From contig CAVUTP010000001.1 of NCBI GenBank assembly GCA_963744445.1, positions 276,308-340,307 on the forward strand: 64,000 nucleotides of DNA. The letters are read 5' to 3'. Position numbers and translations under genes: made by a program. Positions within the stretch are counted from its first letter, which is position 1, and every line of letters begins with the position of its first letter. A model generated the notes under the pieces. It was not told where the DNA came from. It did no database searches and was given only the letters and a program-made list of their open reading frames with translations. This document shows positions 37,713 to 48,105 of the stretch, piece after piece. Origin of the DNA: an uncultured Acidobacteriota bacterium. GTDB taxonomy: Bacteria > Acidobacteriota > Vicinamibacteria > Vicinamibacterales > Fen-181.

Positions 37713-38909
37713 ATGAGCTCCATCAAGCCCCTCGCGCTCGTGTTCGCGTTCGTCACCGTCGCCGCCGCGTCGCCGGCCTGGGGACAGCTCCGTACCGCCG
37801 CCGACCCGGGGCAGACGCCGGGCTGGACGATGACACCCACGTTCGTGTTCTCGAACGCCTGGGACGACAACGTCATCCTCGCAGGCGAGGGTGCGGAGAC
37901 GGCCGGGGATGCGATCACCATCCTCACGCCCATGCTGGACGGCCAGTACCGGGCACGCCACCACTGGCTGGGGTTCGGCTACACCGGATCGTTCTCGGCG
38001 TACCACGACCTTTCGGAGCTGAACACGTTCGACCAGCAGCTGCGCGTGGACTCGCGGCACCAGGTCTCGCGCCGCCTCACGCTGCAGCTGCACGACAACT
38101 TCGCGGCCGTGCCGACGACCGAAGGAGTGTTCCTGAGCGGCGTGCCCTTCCTCCGTACCGGTTCCCGCCTGAACGACTTCGGAACGCTCGTGACCGCGGC
38201 TCTCGACGCGCGCACCACCGTCTCCGCCGGCTACTCCTTCGAGTGGGTCGCCTTCGACCAGGACGCGCCATTCGCCGAGTTCCTCCACGGCGGAAAGACC
38301 CACGTGTTCGACGGCTCGATCCGGCGCCAGGTCCACCAGCGCGTGACGGTGGGCGCGGACGGATCCTACCGGCGGTCGTTCGTGTCGAACGGCGGCGGTC
38401 GGTTCGACATCGTGGACGCCTTGGGCTACCTCTCCTACCAGGTTACGAAGACCCTGGCCATCTCGGGCGGGTTCGGCTTCTCGCACCTGACCGATTTCCA
38501 GGAGCAGACCTCGCAGACCGGGCCGTCCTGGAACGTGAGCGTCGTGCAGCGCGTGCAGCGCGCGACCCTGAGCGCCGGGTACATCCGGTCGTACGTGCCC
38601 GCGTTCGGGATCGGCGGCACCGTCCAGAACCAGGAGCTGAACGCCGACGTGCACATGCCGGTCGCCAAGAACCGCGCCTACGTCCAGGTCGGGCTGTCCT
38701 GGCGCCGCAACGAACCGCTGACGCCCGGCGAGCTGGACCTCAGGTCGCTGTGGTTCCAGAGCACGGCGGGCTATTCGGTCCTCCGCTGGCTCCGGGTCGA
38801 GGCCTACTACTGGCGCACGCAGCAGGACTCCCAGCAGGCGGGCGGCAAGATGAACCGCGACCGCATCGGTGTCCAGGCCGTGACGTCGCTGCCCATGAGG
38901 ATCAAGTGA
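37713..38909 (+). CDS. Predicted outer-membrane beta-barrel protein associated with PEP-CTERM EPS loci
   Basis: Signal peptide MSSIKPLALVFAFVTVAAASPAWGQ, and alternating amphipathic beta-strand pattern throughout. Its position between the Wza-like and chain-length genes matches the TIGR03016-type family, recalled from memory. Confidence 0.65.
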   Translation: MSSIKPLALVFAFVTVAAASPAWGQLRTAADPGQTPGWTMTPTFVFSNAWDDNVILAGEGAETAGDAITILTPMLDGQYRARHHWLGFGYTGSFSAYHDLSELNTFDQQLRVDSRHQVSRRLTLQLHDNFAAVPTTEGVFLSGVPFLRTGSRLNDFGTLVTAALDARTTVSAGYSFEWVAFDQDAPFAEFLHGGKTHVFDGSIRRQVHQRVTVGADGSYRRSFVSNGGGRFDIVDALGYLSYQVTKTLAISGGFGFSHLTDFQEQTSQTGPSWNVSVVQRVQRATLSAGYIRSYVPAFGIGGTVQNQELNADVHMPVAKNRAYVQVGLSWRRNEPLTPGELDLRSLWFQSTAGYSVLRWLRVEAYYWRTQQDSQQAGGKMNRDRIGVQAVTSLPMRIK

Positions 38910-40392
38910 TGGACGAACCTCGCTTTCACCCGCTCGACTACCTCTCCGTCGTCCGCCGCCGCAAGTGGTGGTTCGTGGTGCCGCTCGTGCTGGCGATCGT
39001 GGTCGGCGTCTCGCTCGCGCTGTTCCTGCCGAAGGAATACCTGTCCAGCGCCACGGTCGGGATCGCCGCGCCCGCGGTCTCGTCAGACCTCGCGCGGTCG
39101 GCGGGGCCGATGGACCACGAGGAGCGCGTGCGGGTGATCTCGCAGCAGCTCCTGAGCCGGCAGGTGCTCGCGCGCGTGGCACAGTCGGAGATGGCGGGCT
39201 TGGCGCCCGAGGAGGTGGACCTGGCGATTGCCCGCCTCCGGGCGAATATCCAGCCGGTCACATTCCCGACGCCGATCGCGCCGGACGGCAACCCGCGGCT
39301 CGACAGCTTCATCGTCTCGTACGTCGACCGTACCCCCGAGGCGGCCCAGCGGGTCACCAACCGGCTGGTCGAGGTGTTCGTGGACGAGACGACGCGCGTC
39401 CGCGCGACGCGGGCCGAGGGGACCACGGCATTCCTGGACGTGCAGGTGCGCGACGCACAGGCGAAGCTGGCGGCCACCGAGGAGCGGCTGCGCGACGCGA
39501 AGCAGCTGAACATCGGGCGGCTGCCCGAGCAGACCGGCGCGAACCTCCAGACGCTCAACGGCCTGCGCCAGCAACTCGAATCGACCAACATCGCCCTGCG
39601 CGGCGAGCAGGACCGCCTCTCGATGGTGGACCGCCAGCTCGAGGCGATGCGGCAGGGCACCGAGGGGATGCCGCTCTTGCGCGGCAACGGCGACACGGCG
39701 GGGATGGCGCCGCGCATGAAGGTGCAGGCGCTGGAGCAGGAGCTGGCCGCGGCGCGGATGACCTACACGGCGAAGCACCCCGAGGTCATCCGCCTGCAGG
39801 AGGAGCTGGCGTCGGCGAAGGCCGCCGCGGCGGCCGAGCGCGCCCGCCCGCCGGACGATCGCCTCGCCTACCTCAAGAACGACCCGACTTACCGCCAGCT
39901 GCTGGCGGACCAGGAGATGGGGCGCATGCGCGTGCGTGAGCTGCAGCGGGCCGAGGCGCAGGGGCGGAGTCAGATCGCACTCTACCAGCGGCGCGTGGAA
40001 GTACTCCGATGGTCGAACAGCAGCTCTCGTCTCTGCAGCGTGAGTACGACTTGCAGAAGGCGCAGTACTCGGACCTGGTTTCGAAGCGCGAGGCGGCCAG
40101 GATGGCTGAAGCACTGGAGCAACGACAGGCGGTCGAGCAGTTCCGGGTCTTCTCGCCGGCGACCTGGCCGAAGTCGCCCTTCAAGCCGAACCGCCTGCGG
40201 ATCCTCCTGGGAGCCGTCGTGCTGGGGTTGTTCCTCGGGGGGCTCGGCGTCGTGGGACGCGAATTCATGGACCGGTCGGTGCATGACGCCCAGACGCTGC
40301 AGCACGAGTACGAGCTGCCGGTGCTGGGCGAGATCTCGACCATCCCGGTGGCGCTCGCGGAGGGCGGCCGGCTGCGCCGCCGTTCCGCGTGA
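38909..40392 (+). CDS. Polysaccharide chain-length determinant (Wzz/GumC-like, PEP-CTERM locus type), frame broken near 40001
   Basis: N-terminal TM RRRKWWFVVPLVLAIVVGVSLALFL, and a long coiled-coil periplasmic region. The C-terminal part (MVEQQLSSLQREYDLQKAQYSDL...second TM ILLGAVVLGLFLGGLGVV) is in the frame of ORF 40009..40392. Confidence 0.8.
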
Positions 40393-40432
40393 GCGGGGCG
40401 GCTTCGGCCGGAAGGGAGCAGGAGGACCGACG

Positions 40433-41560
40433 ATGAGCCGGATTCAACGTGTGCTGGACAAGGCCGAACGCGAAGGCCAGGTGCGGCGGACGACGAGCGA
40501 CGTCCCGCCCGCCCCGACGGGATCGACCGCCGGGCAGAGCACCTCGCCGGTCTCGGCTCAGCCGCCGGTGGCCAGCCGGCGGTCGGTACCGCCGGCGGAT
40601 CCACCCGCGTCGCCCGGCTTGACCTCCGGGCCCCGGGCGGCCGCTCCTCCGCCGTCCGGCTCGCCTCGTTCCGTGGCGATGCCGCCCGGTTCCGCCGGCG
40701 CGCCCGCTGCCTCGGTCGCGGCTGCCGCCCCGGTCGCGTCGCCAGCGGCATCGTCGCTGGGACCGGCCTCGTTCCCCGCCCATGGCGGGCACCAGCCGTT
40801 GCCGATCGTGGTGCCGAATCCCGTGATCGGCGGGGGCCGCCGCGCGTCCTCGGTGTCCCTGCACCCGCTCCTGGCGGCGTCGCTGCAGTTCGGGTCCCCG
40901 ACGGCAGAGCAGTTCCGGGCACTGCGCACGCGGATCGGGCAGATCGAGTTCGGGGGCCGCGACTGTCGCTCGATCGTCGTGACGAGCCCGACGCCGGGCG
41001 ACGGCAAGACCGTGACGTCGAGCAACCTCGCCCTCAGCATGGCGCAGGAGTTCCACCGCAAGGTGCTGCTGATCGACGCCGACCTGCGCAAGGGCGCGCT
41101 GCACCGCATGTTCGGCGTAGACGGCGAGCCGGGTCTGACCGACGTGCTGGCCGGCGACCTGTCGCTCGAGGAGGCGCTCATCTGGATCCCGGAGTTCCGG
41201 TTGACGCTCCTGCCAGCCGGCCGGCCCACCAACCAGCCGACCGAGCTGCTGGGTTCGTTCGAGATGCGGCGCACCGTGGACACGCTGCGAACCCACTTCG
41301 ACCGTATTGTCATCGACACCCCGCCGGCGCTGGCGCTCGCCGACGTCGGCGTGGTGGGCCCGCTGTCGGACGGCGTGCTGGTGGTCGTGCGCGCGGGGCG
41401 GACGCCTCGGCCGGCGATCGAACGCGCTCTTCGACAGGTGGCGCCGGCACGGGTGCTGGGCCTCGTGCTCAACGACGTGGGTGAGATCGCGTCCGGGTAC
41501 GCCTACGGACGGGTCGAGACCCCGAAGGCGGGCCGCCGGGCGGCGCGGTCCGGGGCCTGA
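40433..41560 (+). CDS. BY-kinase-type tyrosine autokinase/ParA-like ATPase (EPS co-polymerase partner) with long Pro/Ala/Ser-rich N-terminal region
   Basis: GGAGCAGGAGG ribosome-binding site. Walker A SPTPGDGKT, A-prime LLIDADLRKG, Walker B RIVIDTPP, and tail tyrosines in SGYAYG. Confidence 0.8.
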   Translation: MSRIQRVLDKAEREGQVRRTTSDVPPAPTGSTAGQSTSPVSAQPPVASRRSVPPADPPASPGLTSGPRAAAPPPSGSPRSVAMPPGSAGAPAASVAAAAPVASPAASSLGPASFPAHGGHQPLPIVVPNPVIGGGRRASSVSLHPLLAASLQFGSPTAEQFRALRTRIGQIEFGGRDCRSIVVTSPTPGDGKTVTSSNLALSMAQEFHRKVLLIDADLRKGALHRMFGVDGEPGLTDVLAGDLSLEEALIWIPEFRLTLLPAGRPTNQPTELLGSFEMRRTVDTLRTHFDRIVIDTPPALALADVGVVGPLSDGVLVVVRAGRTPRPAIERALRQVAPARVLGLVLNDVGEIASGYAYGRVETPKAGRRAARSGA

Positions 41561-41565
41561 GCAAC

Positions 41566-42948
41566 ATGTCCGACGTGACGGTGTTCAAACGTTCCGTCTC
41601 GACACGAGGGATCGCCGCGTTCGCCGGCGAAGTCCTGCTGATCTACGGGTCCATCGTGATTGCCCTCCGGTTGCACAGCCCGGACGGCGTCCCGGCGGGG
41701 CTCTGGTGGAAGGCTGCCTTCACGGCCGTCCTCTGGCAGCTGTGCCTCTACTACAACGACTTCTACGACCTGACGCTCGTGCGCGGCAGCCGCGAACTGG
41801 TGGTCCGGCTGCTGCAGGCTGCCGGCGCCGCGTCTCTCATCCTGGCTGCGTTGTACGTCGTGGTTCCCGCGCTCGATCTCGGCAGCCGCGTCATCATCAC
41901 GTCCCTGTGCCTGTTCCTGGTGGCGGTCCTGACGTGGCGGCTGCTCTTCAACCAGGTGACCGGCGCGACGGCGCTGGAGGAGCGCGTGCTGATCGTGGGG
42001 ACCGGTCACGCCGCGCGGACGGTCGCGCGCCAGATCCAGTCGCAGCACGATTTCGGGTACCGCGTCGTCGGCTTCGTGGACGACGAGCCTGACGTCGAGG
42101 CGGCCGGGGAGCGCCGGCCCTGGTGCCTTGGGTCGGCGGCGGACATTCCTCGCCTGGTCGACGAGTACCAGGTGGACCGGATCGTCGTCGGTCTCGGGGA
42201 CCGCCGGGGCCGCCTGCCCGTGCAGGAACTGCTGCACGCCAAGCTCTCGGGCGTGCGGGTGGAGGACGCGACGGCCACCTACGAGCGGCTGACCGGCAAG
42301 GTGCTGGTGGACAGCCTTCGTCCCAGCTGGCTGATCTTCTCCGACGGCTTCCGCGTCTCGCGCTGGACGAGGACGGTCAAGAGAGGTTTCGACCTGCTGC
42401 TCGCATGCGTGGGCCTGGTGCTCGCAGCGCCGCTGATGCTCCTGACTGCGCTCGCCATCTGGCTAGAGACAGGGAGGCCGGTGCTCTACCGGCAGGAGCG
42501 CGCCGGGGAGAGCGGCCAGCCGTTCACCCTCCTCAAGTTCCGATCGATGCGCACCGACGCGGAACAGGGTACGCCGATCTGGGCGCGGGACAACGACGAC
42601 CGCATCACGTTGGTCGGGGGCGTCATCCGGGCCACGCGGCTGGACGAACTCCCCCAGCTGTGGAACGTGCTCGCCGGGGAGATGAGCTTCGTGGGCCCGC
42701 GGCCCGAGCGGCCCTTCTTCGTCGAGCAGCTGACGGCCCAGATCCCCTTCTACTCGCAGCGCCACGCGGTGAAGCCAGGCATCACCGGGTGGGCGCAGGT
42801 GAAGTACCGCTACGGCGCATCGGTCGAGGACGCCATGGAGAAGCTGCGGTACGACCTCTACTACATCAAGAACCTGTCGATTGGCTTCGACATGACGATC
42901 CTCGTGGACACCGTGAAGGTGATGCTGTTCCGGAAGGGGGCCAAGTGA
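41566..42948 (+). CDS. Undecaprenyl-phosphate sugar phosphotransferase (priming transferase, EpsB/WbaP-like)
   Basis: N-terminal TM bundle, central Rossmann-like region (VLIVGTGHAARTVARQI), and the C-terminal bacterial sugar transferase domain (ELPQLWNVLAGEMSFVGPRPERP, KPGITGWAQV). Confidence 0.9.
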   Translation: MSDVTVFKRSVSTRGIAAFAGEVLLIYGSIVIALRLHSPDGVPAGLWWKAAFTAVLWQLCLYYNDFYDLTLVRGSRELVVRLLQAAGAASLILAALYVVVPALDLGSRVIITSLCLFLVAVLTWRLLFNQVTGATALEERVLIVGTGHAARTVARQIQSQHDFGYRVVGFVDDEPDVEAAGERRPWCLGSAADIPRLVDEYQVDRIVVGLGDRRGRLPVQELLHAKLSGVRVEDATATYERLTGKVLVDSLRPSWLIFSDGFRVSRWTRTVKRGFDLLLACVGLVLAAPLMLLTALAIWLETGRPVLYRQERAGESGQPFTLLKFRSMRTDAEQGTPIWARDNDDRITLVGGVIRATRLDELPQLWNVLAGEMSFVGPRPERPFFVEQLTAQIPFYSQRHAVKPGITGWAQVKYRYGASVEDAMEKLRYDLYYIKNLSIGFDMTILVDTVKVMLFRKGAK

Positions 42949-44520
42949 GCCAGGCGGACCCCACGCCGGCCGGGTGGGAGGGCGGCACCGGGCTGCCGGG
43001 CCTCGCGCGGAACGTGTCCACCCGCTACCTGGCGTTCGGTGTCGAGGCCGGCCTCGGCGTCCTCCTGCTTCCGTTCAACCTGGCGCGTCTCGGCGCCGAC
43101 ACCTACGGCCTGTGGATGGTGGCGACGTCGATCACCGTCGTACTTTTCGTTCCTCGATCTCGGGTACGGCGGCGCGCTGGTGAAGTTCGTCGCCCAGTAC
43201 CGGGCGCGGCAGGATGCGCGCGCGATTAACGAGATTCTCAGCACCCTCTTTCTTCTGTTCACCGGCGTGGGGATCCTCGCGTGGCTCGTCGCGGCCGGCC
43301 TCGCCTACCGCCTCGACTGGTTCTTCGAGCTGTCGCCGGCGCAGGCGGAAACCGGGCGGGCCGTGTTGCTCATCGTCAGCGCGAACGTCGCCGCGGGGTT
43401 CGCCTTCAGCGTGTTCGGGGGCGTGATCAACGGGTTCCAGCGCTACGACCTGAACAACGTCGTGGGCCTGGCCAGCAGCGTGGTGATCGCCATCGTGAAC
43501 GTCGCGGTCCTCGCGGCCGGGTACGGCCTGGTCGCGCTGGTCGCGGCCACGACCGCCGTCAGGCTGGCGAGCTACGTGATCTACCGCCACAACGCCTACC
43601 GGGTGTTCCCGGCGCTCTCGATCTCGCCCTCGCTGGCAAGCGCCGGCCGGCTCCGGGAGGTGACGGGGTTCAGCGTCTTCATGCTGCTGCTCGACTGGGC
43701 CGCAAAGGTCAACTACTCGATGGACGCCATCGTGATCGGCGCGATCCTCGGCACCGCGCAGGTGGCGGTCTGGACGGTGGCCCAACGGCTGGCCGAAGTC
43801 TCGCAGCGGCTGACGAACCAGCTGAATGACGTCCTCTTCCCCACGGTCGTGGACTCGGACACCGGGAACCGGCCGGATCGCCTCCGGCTGATCCTCGTGC
43901 AGGGCACGCGCCTGTCCCTGGCGGCCGTCCTGCCCGTGGCGTTCACGCTGGGGCTGATCGCCGGCCCGGTGGTGACCGCATGGGTAGGCCCGGGCTTCGA
44001 CGGCGCGGTCGCGGTGCTGCAGGTGCTCGCCGCGGTGGCGGCGATCCGCGTCGGGACGGCCACGGCGCACACCGTGCTCAAGGGCGCCGGGAAGCACCGC
44101 CTGCTCGCGTTGAGCAATGTCGTGACGGCGGTCGGGAACCTGCTCCTGAGCCTGCTGCTCGTGCGCCGCCTCGGCCTGGTCGGCGTGGCATACGGAACCC
44201 TAATCCCGGTGGCATCCGCCGGGCTGCTGGTGCTCTTCCCCGCCGCGTGCCGGCGCGTCGGCCTCGGGGTCTGGGCCGCCTTACGGGAAGCCGTCTGGCC
44301 CGCGGCCTGGCCCGGCCTCGTGGTCGCCCTGGGCCTTGCCGCGGTCCGCCCTTACGTGCCGCCGTCGTTGCCGCTGATCGCCTTGTACGCGGCGGCTGCT
44401 GGCCTCGTCTACCTGGTGCTGTTCCTGCGCTTGGGCCTGCCCGCGCGGGACCGGCGTCTCTACTTCTCGAAGGCGGCCCACCTGCTCGCGCGGGTGCGCC
44501 GCGTGGAGGCGACGACCTAG
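42945..44520 (+). CDS. Wzx-type oligosaccharide flippase 1, frame broken near 43138
   Basis: GTG start overlapping the upstream stop. The N-terminus, GADTYGLWMVATSITV, is in the frame of ORF 42123..43229. The rest (YFSFLDLGYGGALVKFVAQY..., about 12 more TM) is in the frame of ORF 43039..44520. It parallels the intact paralog at 52802. Confidence 0.75.
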
Positions 44521-44522
44521 CC

Positions 44523-45344
44523 ATGCGCGCCATCATCCTCGCCGCCGGCCGGGGCACGCGCCTGACCCGCGTTACCGGCGACAAGCCCAAGTGCCTCATG
44601 CCTCTGGGCGGTCGGGCATTGATCGAGCGACAGATCGCGTCGGTCCGCTCCTGCGGCGTCGCCGCCATCACCGTGGTGGCCGGGTACCAGGCGGCGCGTG
44701 TCAAGGAGGTCTGCGGCCTTTACGCCACGGCGATCGACAACCCTCGGTTCGCCGAGACCAACAGCCTCTACTCCCTGTGGCTGGCGCGCGAGTCGCTGTC
44801 CGACGGATTCGTGGTGCTGAACGCCGACGTCCTGTTCCACCCGCAGCTGCTGTGCGACCTCGTCTCCTCGCGGTACGAGGACGCGCTGCTCGTGGGGTTC
44901 CGCTCACCCGGGGACGGGGCGTTTGGCGACGAGGAGATGAAGGTCAAGGTCCGCGGCGGCCTCGTGGCCGACATAGCCAAGACCCTCCCGCCCGCCGATG
45001 CGGACGGCGAGAACGTGGGGATCGCGAAGTTCGGCCCGCGCGGCGCGCGGCTGCTCGTCGAGCAGCTCGACGCGGTCGTCGCCGCGGGCGGCCTGCGCGA
45101 GTGGGCGCCGCGGGCCTTTCTGGAGTTCGCGCGGCTGCGCCCCCTGCACGCCATCGGGACCCGCGGCTTCCCATGGATCGAGATCGACTTCCCGGAGGAC
45201 TACCACCGGGCAGCGGCCCAGGTCCTGCCTCTGATTGACACCCCCTCGCTCGCGGAGGAGGCCGCGCTGCCCCTCCCGCCGCCGCTGGCGGCCGCGAGCG
45301 ATTCGACCGGCGCGGACTGGAGGCCGCATCCCGGCCATGTATGA
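44523..45344 (+). CDS. Sugar/alcohol-phosphate nucleotidyltransferase (LicC/MobA-like NTP-transferase fold)
   Basis: MRAIILAAGRGTRL...KPKCLMPLGG, NSLYSLWLA, VLNADVLF and ENVGIAKF. Resembles CTP:phospho-alcohol cytidylyltransferases. Confidence 0.75.
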   Translation: MRAIILAAGRGTRLTRVTGDKPKCLMPLGGRALIERQIASVRSCGVAAITVVAGYQAARVKEVCGLYATAIDNPRFAETNSLYSLWLARESLSDGFVVLNADVLFHPQLLCDLVSSRYEDALLVGFRSPGDGAFGDEEMKVKVRGGLVADIAKTLPPADADGENVGIAKFGPRGARLLVEQLDAVVAAGGLREWAPRAFLEFARLRPLHAIGTRGFPWIEIDFPEDYHRAAAQVLPLIDTPSLAEEAALPLPPPLAAASDSTGADWRPHPGHV

Positions 45345-46800
45345 AGCGTATTTCCAGCTCCGCGAACGACCCTTTGCGCTGAGCCCGGACCCCGACTACC
45401 TCTACCCGAGCCGCGGCCACCGGGAGGCGCTCGCCTACCTTCGCTACGGCATCGAGAGCCAGGCCGGCTTCGTCGTCATCACCGGCGAGATCGGGTCGGG
45501 CAAGACAACGCTGCTGCAGGCGTTGCTGCGCGGCCTCGACGGCCAGACGACCGTCGTGCGGTTGATGAACACCCTGCTCGAACCGCACGAGTTGCTCGAG
45601 GCTATCGCCATCGACCTGGGGATCGTTCCCTCGGGGACGAGCAAGCCCGCGTTGCTCCGCGACCTGTCGGTGCGGCTCGTCGAAGAGCGCGCGGCGGGCC
45701 GGCTCGTGCTGCTCGTGATCGACGAGGCGCAGAACCTGGGCCTCCCCGCGCTCGAGGAAATCCGGATGCTCTCGAACCTCGAGACGGAGAAGTCGAAGCT
45801 GGTCCAGATCGTCCTGGTAGGACAGCCGAATTTGCGGCAACAGCTCGATCTGCCCCGGCTCGAGCAGCTGCGCCAGCGGATCACGGTGAGCTACCACCTC
45901 AATGCTTTGGACGCCGACGAGACCGAGGCCTACATCAATCACCGGCTGCGTCGCGCGGCTCTCGGCGCCCCTCTCCAGCTGCGGCGGGAGGTGACCGACC
46001 GCGTGCACGAACGGTCGCGGGGGGTGCCGCGCCTTGTCAACGTGATTTGCGACGCCGCGCTGGTCTTCGTGTACGCCGAGGAACGGCGGTCTATCGACCC
46101 GCCGCTGATGAGCGAGGTCTTCACCGAGCTGGAGGAGACCGGCGTCCTGCGGCCGGTCGCAGCAACAGCCGGGGTGCCGCTCGCCGGCCCATCGCCGGTG
46201 CCAGCTGCGGCGTCCCCGGTGCCGGTCCCCACGGCGGTGAGCGAGGGAATCACGACCGCCCCGGTGCCGCCGTTCGAGGAGGTCGAACAACCGGCAGCCA
46301 TCGAGCACACGACAGACACGAGGGCCGCCGTCACCCTGCCCGCCGTGGCCGCGCCGCCCCCTGCAGTGCCGACGCCTCCCGTCAGGCCGGCGGCCGCCAT
46401 CCAGGCGGCAGCGGACAGGCAGCACGTCCAGGAGGTCCTCGAGCAGGAGTCGCTGCTGCGCGCCCGCGAGGAACAGATCGCGCGCCGCGAGCGGCAGCTC
46501 GTCGAGCAACAGCGCGTGCTCGCCGAGGAGTACCGGCTCTTCCGCACGCGCCACGCGCGCGAGCTCACTCGGGCGGCCGTCGAGCCGCGCGGCAGGTCCT
46601 CCTCCACCGCGTCTTCGGCTCCCGCGTGGCCGCCGTTGACGGGAGCACCGCACGTCGACGCCCCCGCCCGGGCCGCGTCCCCGAAACCGGCGAGCGTCGC
46701 CCAGGCGTGGACGCCGCCGCCCCCCCGGCCGACGTTCTGGCGGCGGGTGAAGAACATCTTGCTCGGCGTGCCGGTGGCCGCCGTGGAGGACCGGCGCTAG
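45337..46800 (+). CDS. ExeA/GspA-like AAA ATPase (PEP-CTERM locus secretion-ATPase family) with low-complexity and coiled-coil C-terminal half
   Basis: MYEAYFQLRERPFALSPDPDYLY, Walker A GEIGSGKTT, Walker B LLVIDEAQNL, and SKLVQIVLVGQPNL. The start overlaps the upstream stop. Confidence 0.8.
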   Translation: MYEAYFQLRERPFALSPDPDYLYPSRGHREALAYLRYGIESQAGFVVITGEIGSGKTTLLQALLRGLDGQTTVVRLMNTLLEPHELLEAIAIDLGIVPSGTSKPALLRDLSVRLVEERAAGRLVLLVIDEAQNLGLPALEEIRMLSNLETEKSKLVQIVLVGQPNLRQQLDLPRLEQLRQRITVSYHLNALDADETEAYINHRLRRAALGAPLQLRREVTDRVHERSRGVPRLVNVICDAALVFVYAEERRSIDPPLMSEVFTELEETGVLRPVAATAGVPLAGPSPVPAAASPVPVPTAVSEGITTAPVPPFEEVEQPAAIEHTTDTRAAVTLPAVAAPPPAVPTPPVRPAAAIQAAADRQHVQEVLEQESLLRAREEQIARRERQLVEQQRVLAEEYRLFRTRHARELTRAAVEPRGRSSSTASSAPAWPPLTGAPHVDAPARAASPKPASVAQAWTPPPPRPTFWRRVKNILLGVPVAAVEDRR

Positions 46801-46812
46801 CCGGGAACCCTC

Positions 46813-48018
46813 ATGGAGGCCGCCTTCTGGGTCTCGGCGTTCGTCGTCGCCTACGTTTACGTGGGGTATCCGCTCCTGCTTGCCGCGTGGGCAAGGTTGC
46901 GCCCGGCGGGGAGTGGCATCCCGCGGGGCGCCACGATTCGACCGGGAGGGTTGCCCTTCGTGAGCGTGGTGCTGGCGGCGCGCAACGAGGGACACCAGTT
47001 GGCGCGGCGCCTTGAGAACCTCCTTTCACAGGACTACCCCGCCGACCGCCTCGAGATCATCGTGGCTTCGGACGGCTCGACCGACGAGACGGCGCGGGTG
47101 GCGGCCCGCTATGCACCCCGCGTTCGGTGCGTTGCACTGCCGCCAGGCGGCAAGGCGCCGGCGCTCAATGCCGGGGTCCGTGAGGCCCGCCGCCCGATCC
47201 TCGTTTTCGCCGATGCACGCCAATGCTTCGCTCCCGACGCCGTCCGCCGGCTCGTGGCTCCTTTCGCGGACCCGCGCATCGGCGGCGTCTCGGGGGAACT
47301 GCACCTGGGAACTGACGCTGAAGGCGGGCGGGCCTGCCTCGCCGAAGCTCGCAGTCCGGCGAACGGCGCAGACGCTCAGTTCGCGGCGGGCATCGGCGAG
47401 GGCGTCGGGCTGTATTGGGCATACGAGAAGTGGATCAGGCGACAGGAGAGCGCGGTCGCGTCGGTCGTTGGCACCACCGGCGCCATCTACGCCCTGCGGC
47501 GTTCCGCCTGGAAGGACCTCCCCGCCAACGCGATTCTGGACGATGTGCTGACGCCGATGCGGGCGGTCCTCGCCGGCTACCGCGTCGTGTTCGAGCCGCG
47601 CGCCCGGGCCTACGACACGCCGCCCGACGACGCCGGTGCGGAAGGGCGGAGGAAGACCCGGACCCTGGCAGGCAACTACCAGCTCCTCCGGCTCGAGCCC
47701 CGCCTCCTGGTACCCGGCCTCAACCCGGTGTGGCTGCAGTTCGTCTCGCACAAGATCGGGCGCCTGGTCGTCCCGCATGCGCTCGTGATCCTGCTGGTGT
47801 CGAACACTGCGCTGGCCAGCGCGGGGCCTCTGTACTCGCTGGCGCTCATCCTGCAGGTGGCCTTCTACGTGCTGGCCCTGCACGGCGCCACGCTCGTGTT
47901 GGCGCCGGCACCGCCCCAGGATCGGCAGGCCCGGCAGACCCCGGTGGCAGAAGCGGCCGACCTCGACGCCGTGGGCTCGCCGGCGCCTAAGGAGTGGATG
48001 AATGCGTCGCTGGATTGA
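46813..48018 (+). CDS. Membrane-anchored family-2 glycosyltransferase
   Basis: N-terminal TM, VSVVLAARNEG, IIVASDGSTDET, FADARQ and C-terminal TM helices. The true C-terminus may continue into the mini-ORF 48002..48115 (see findings). Confidence 0.8.
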   Translation: MEAAFWVSAFVVAYVYVGYPLLLAAWARLRPAGSGIPRGATIRPGGLPFVSVVLAARNEGHQLARRLENLLSQDYPADRLEIIVASDGSTDETARVAARYAPRVRCVALPPGGKAPALNAGVREARRPILVFADARQCFAPDAVRRLVAPFADPRIGGVSGELHLGTDAEGGRACLAEARSPANGADAQFAAGIGEGVGLYWAYEKWIRRQESAVASVVGTTGAIYALRRSAWKDLPANAILDDVLTPMRAVLAGYRVVFEPRARAYDTPPDDAGAEGRRKTRTLAGNYQLLRLEPRLLVPGLNPVWLQFVSHKIGRLVVPHALVILLVSNTALASAGPLYSLALILQVAFYVLALHGATLVLAPAPPQDRQARQTPVAEAADLDAVGSPAPKEWMNASLD

Positions 48019-48105
48019 TCGCGCGTCGCGGGTGGCCTTCGCCTTCGCGATGATGAACTACGCGGCGGTCGTCGGGCTCGTGATGCTCGTCGCCGGCCGC
48101 CGGGT

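Noticed and set aside
44944-46995. 683-aa minus ORF, plus similar long minus ORFs at 57360..58886 and 60737..62833
   Set aside because: These are antisense shadows of the nucleotidyltransferase/ATPase and AsnB genes, with no motifs.
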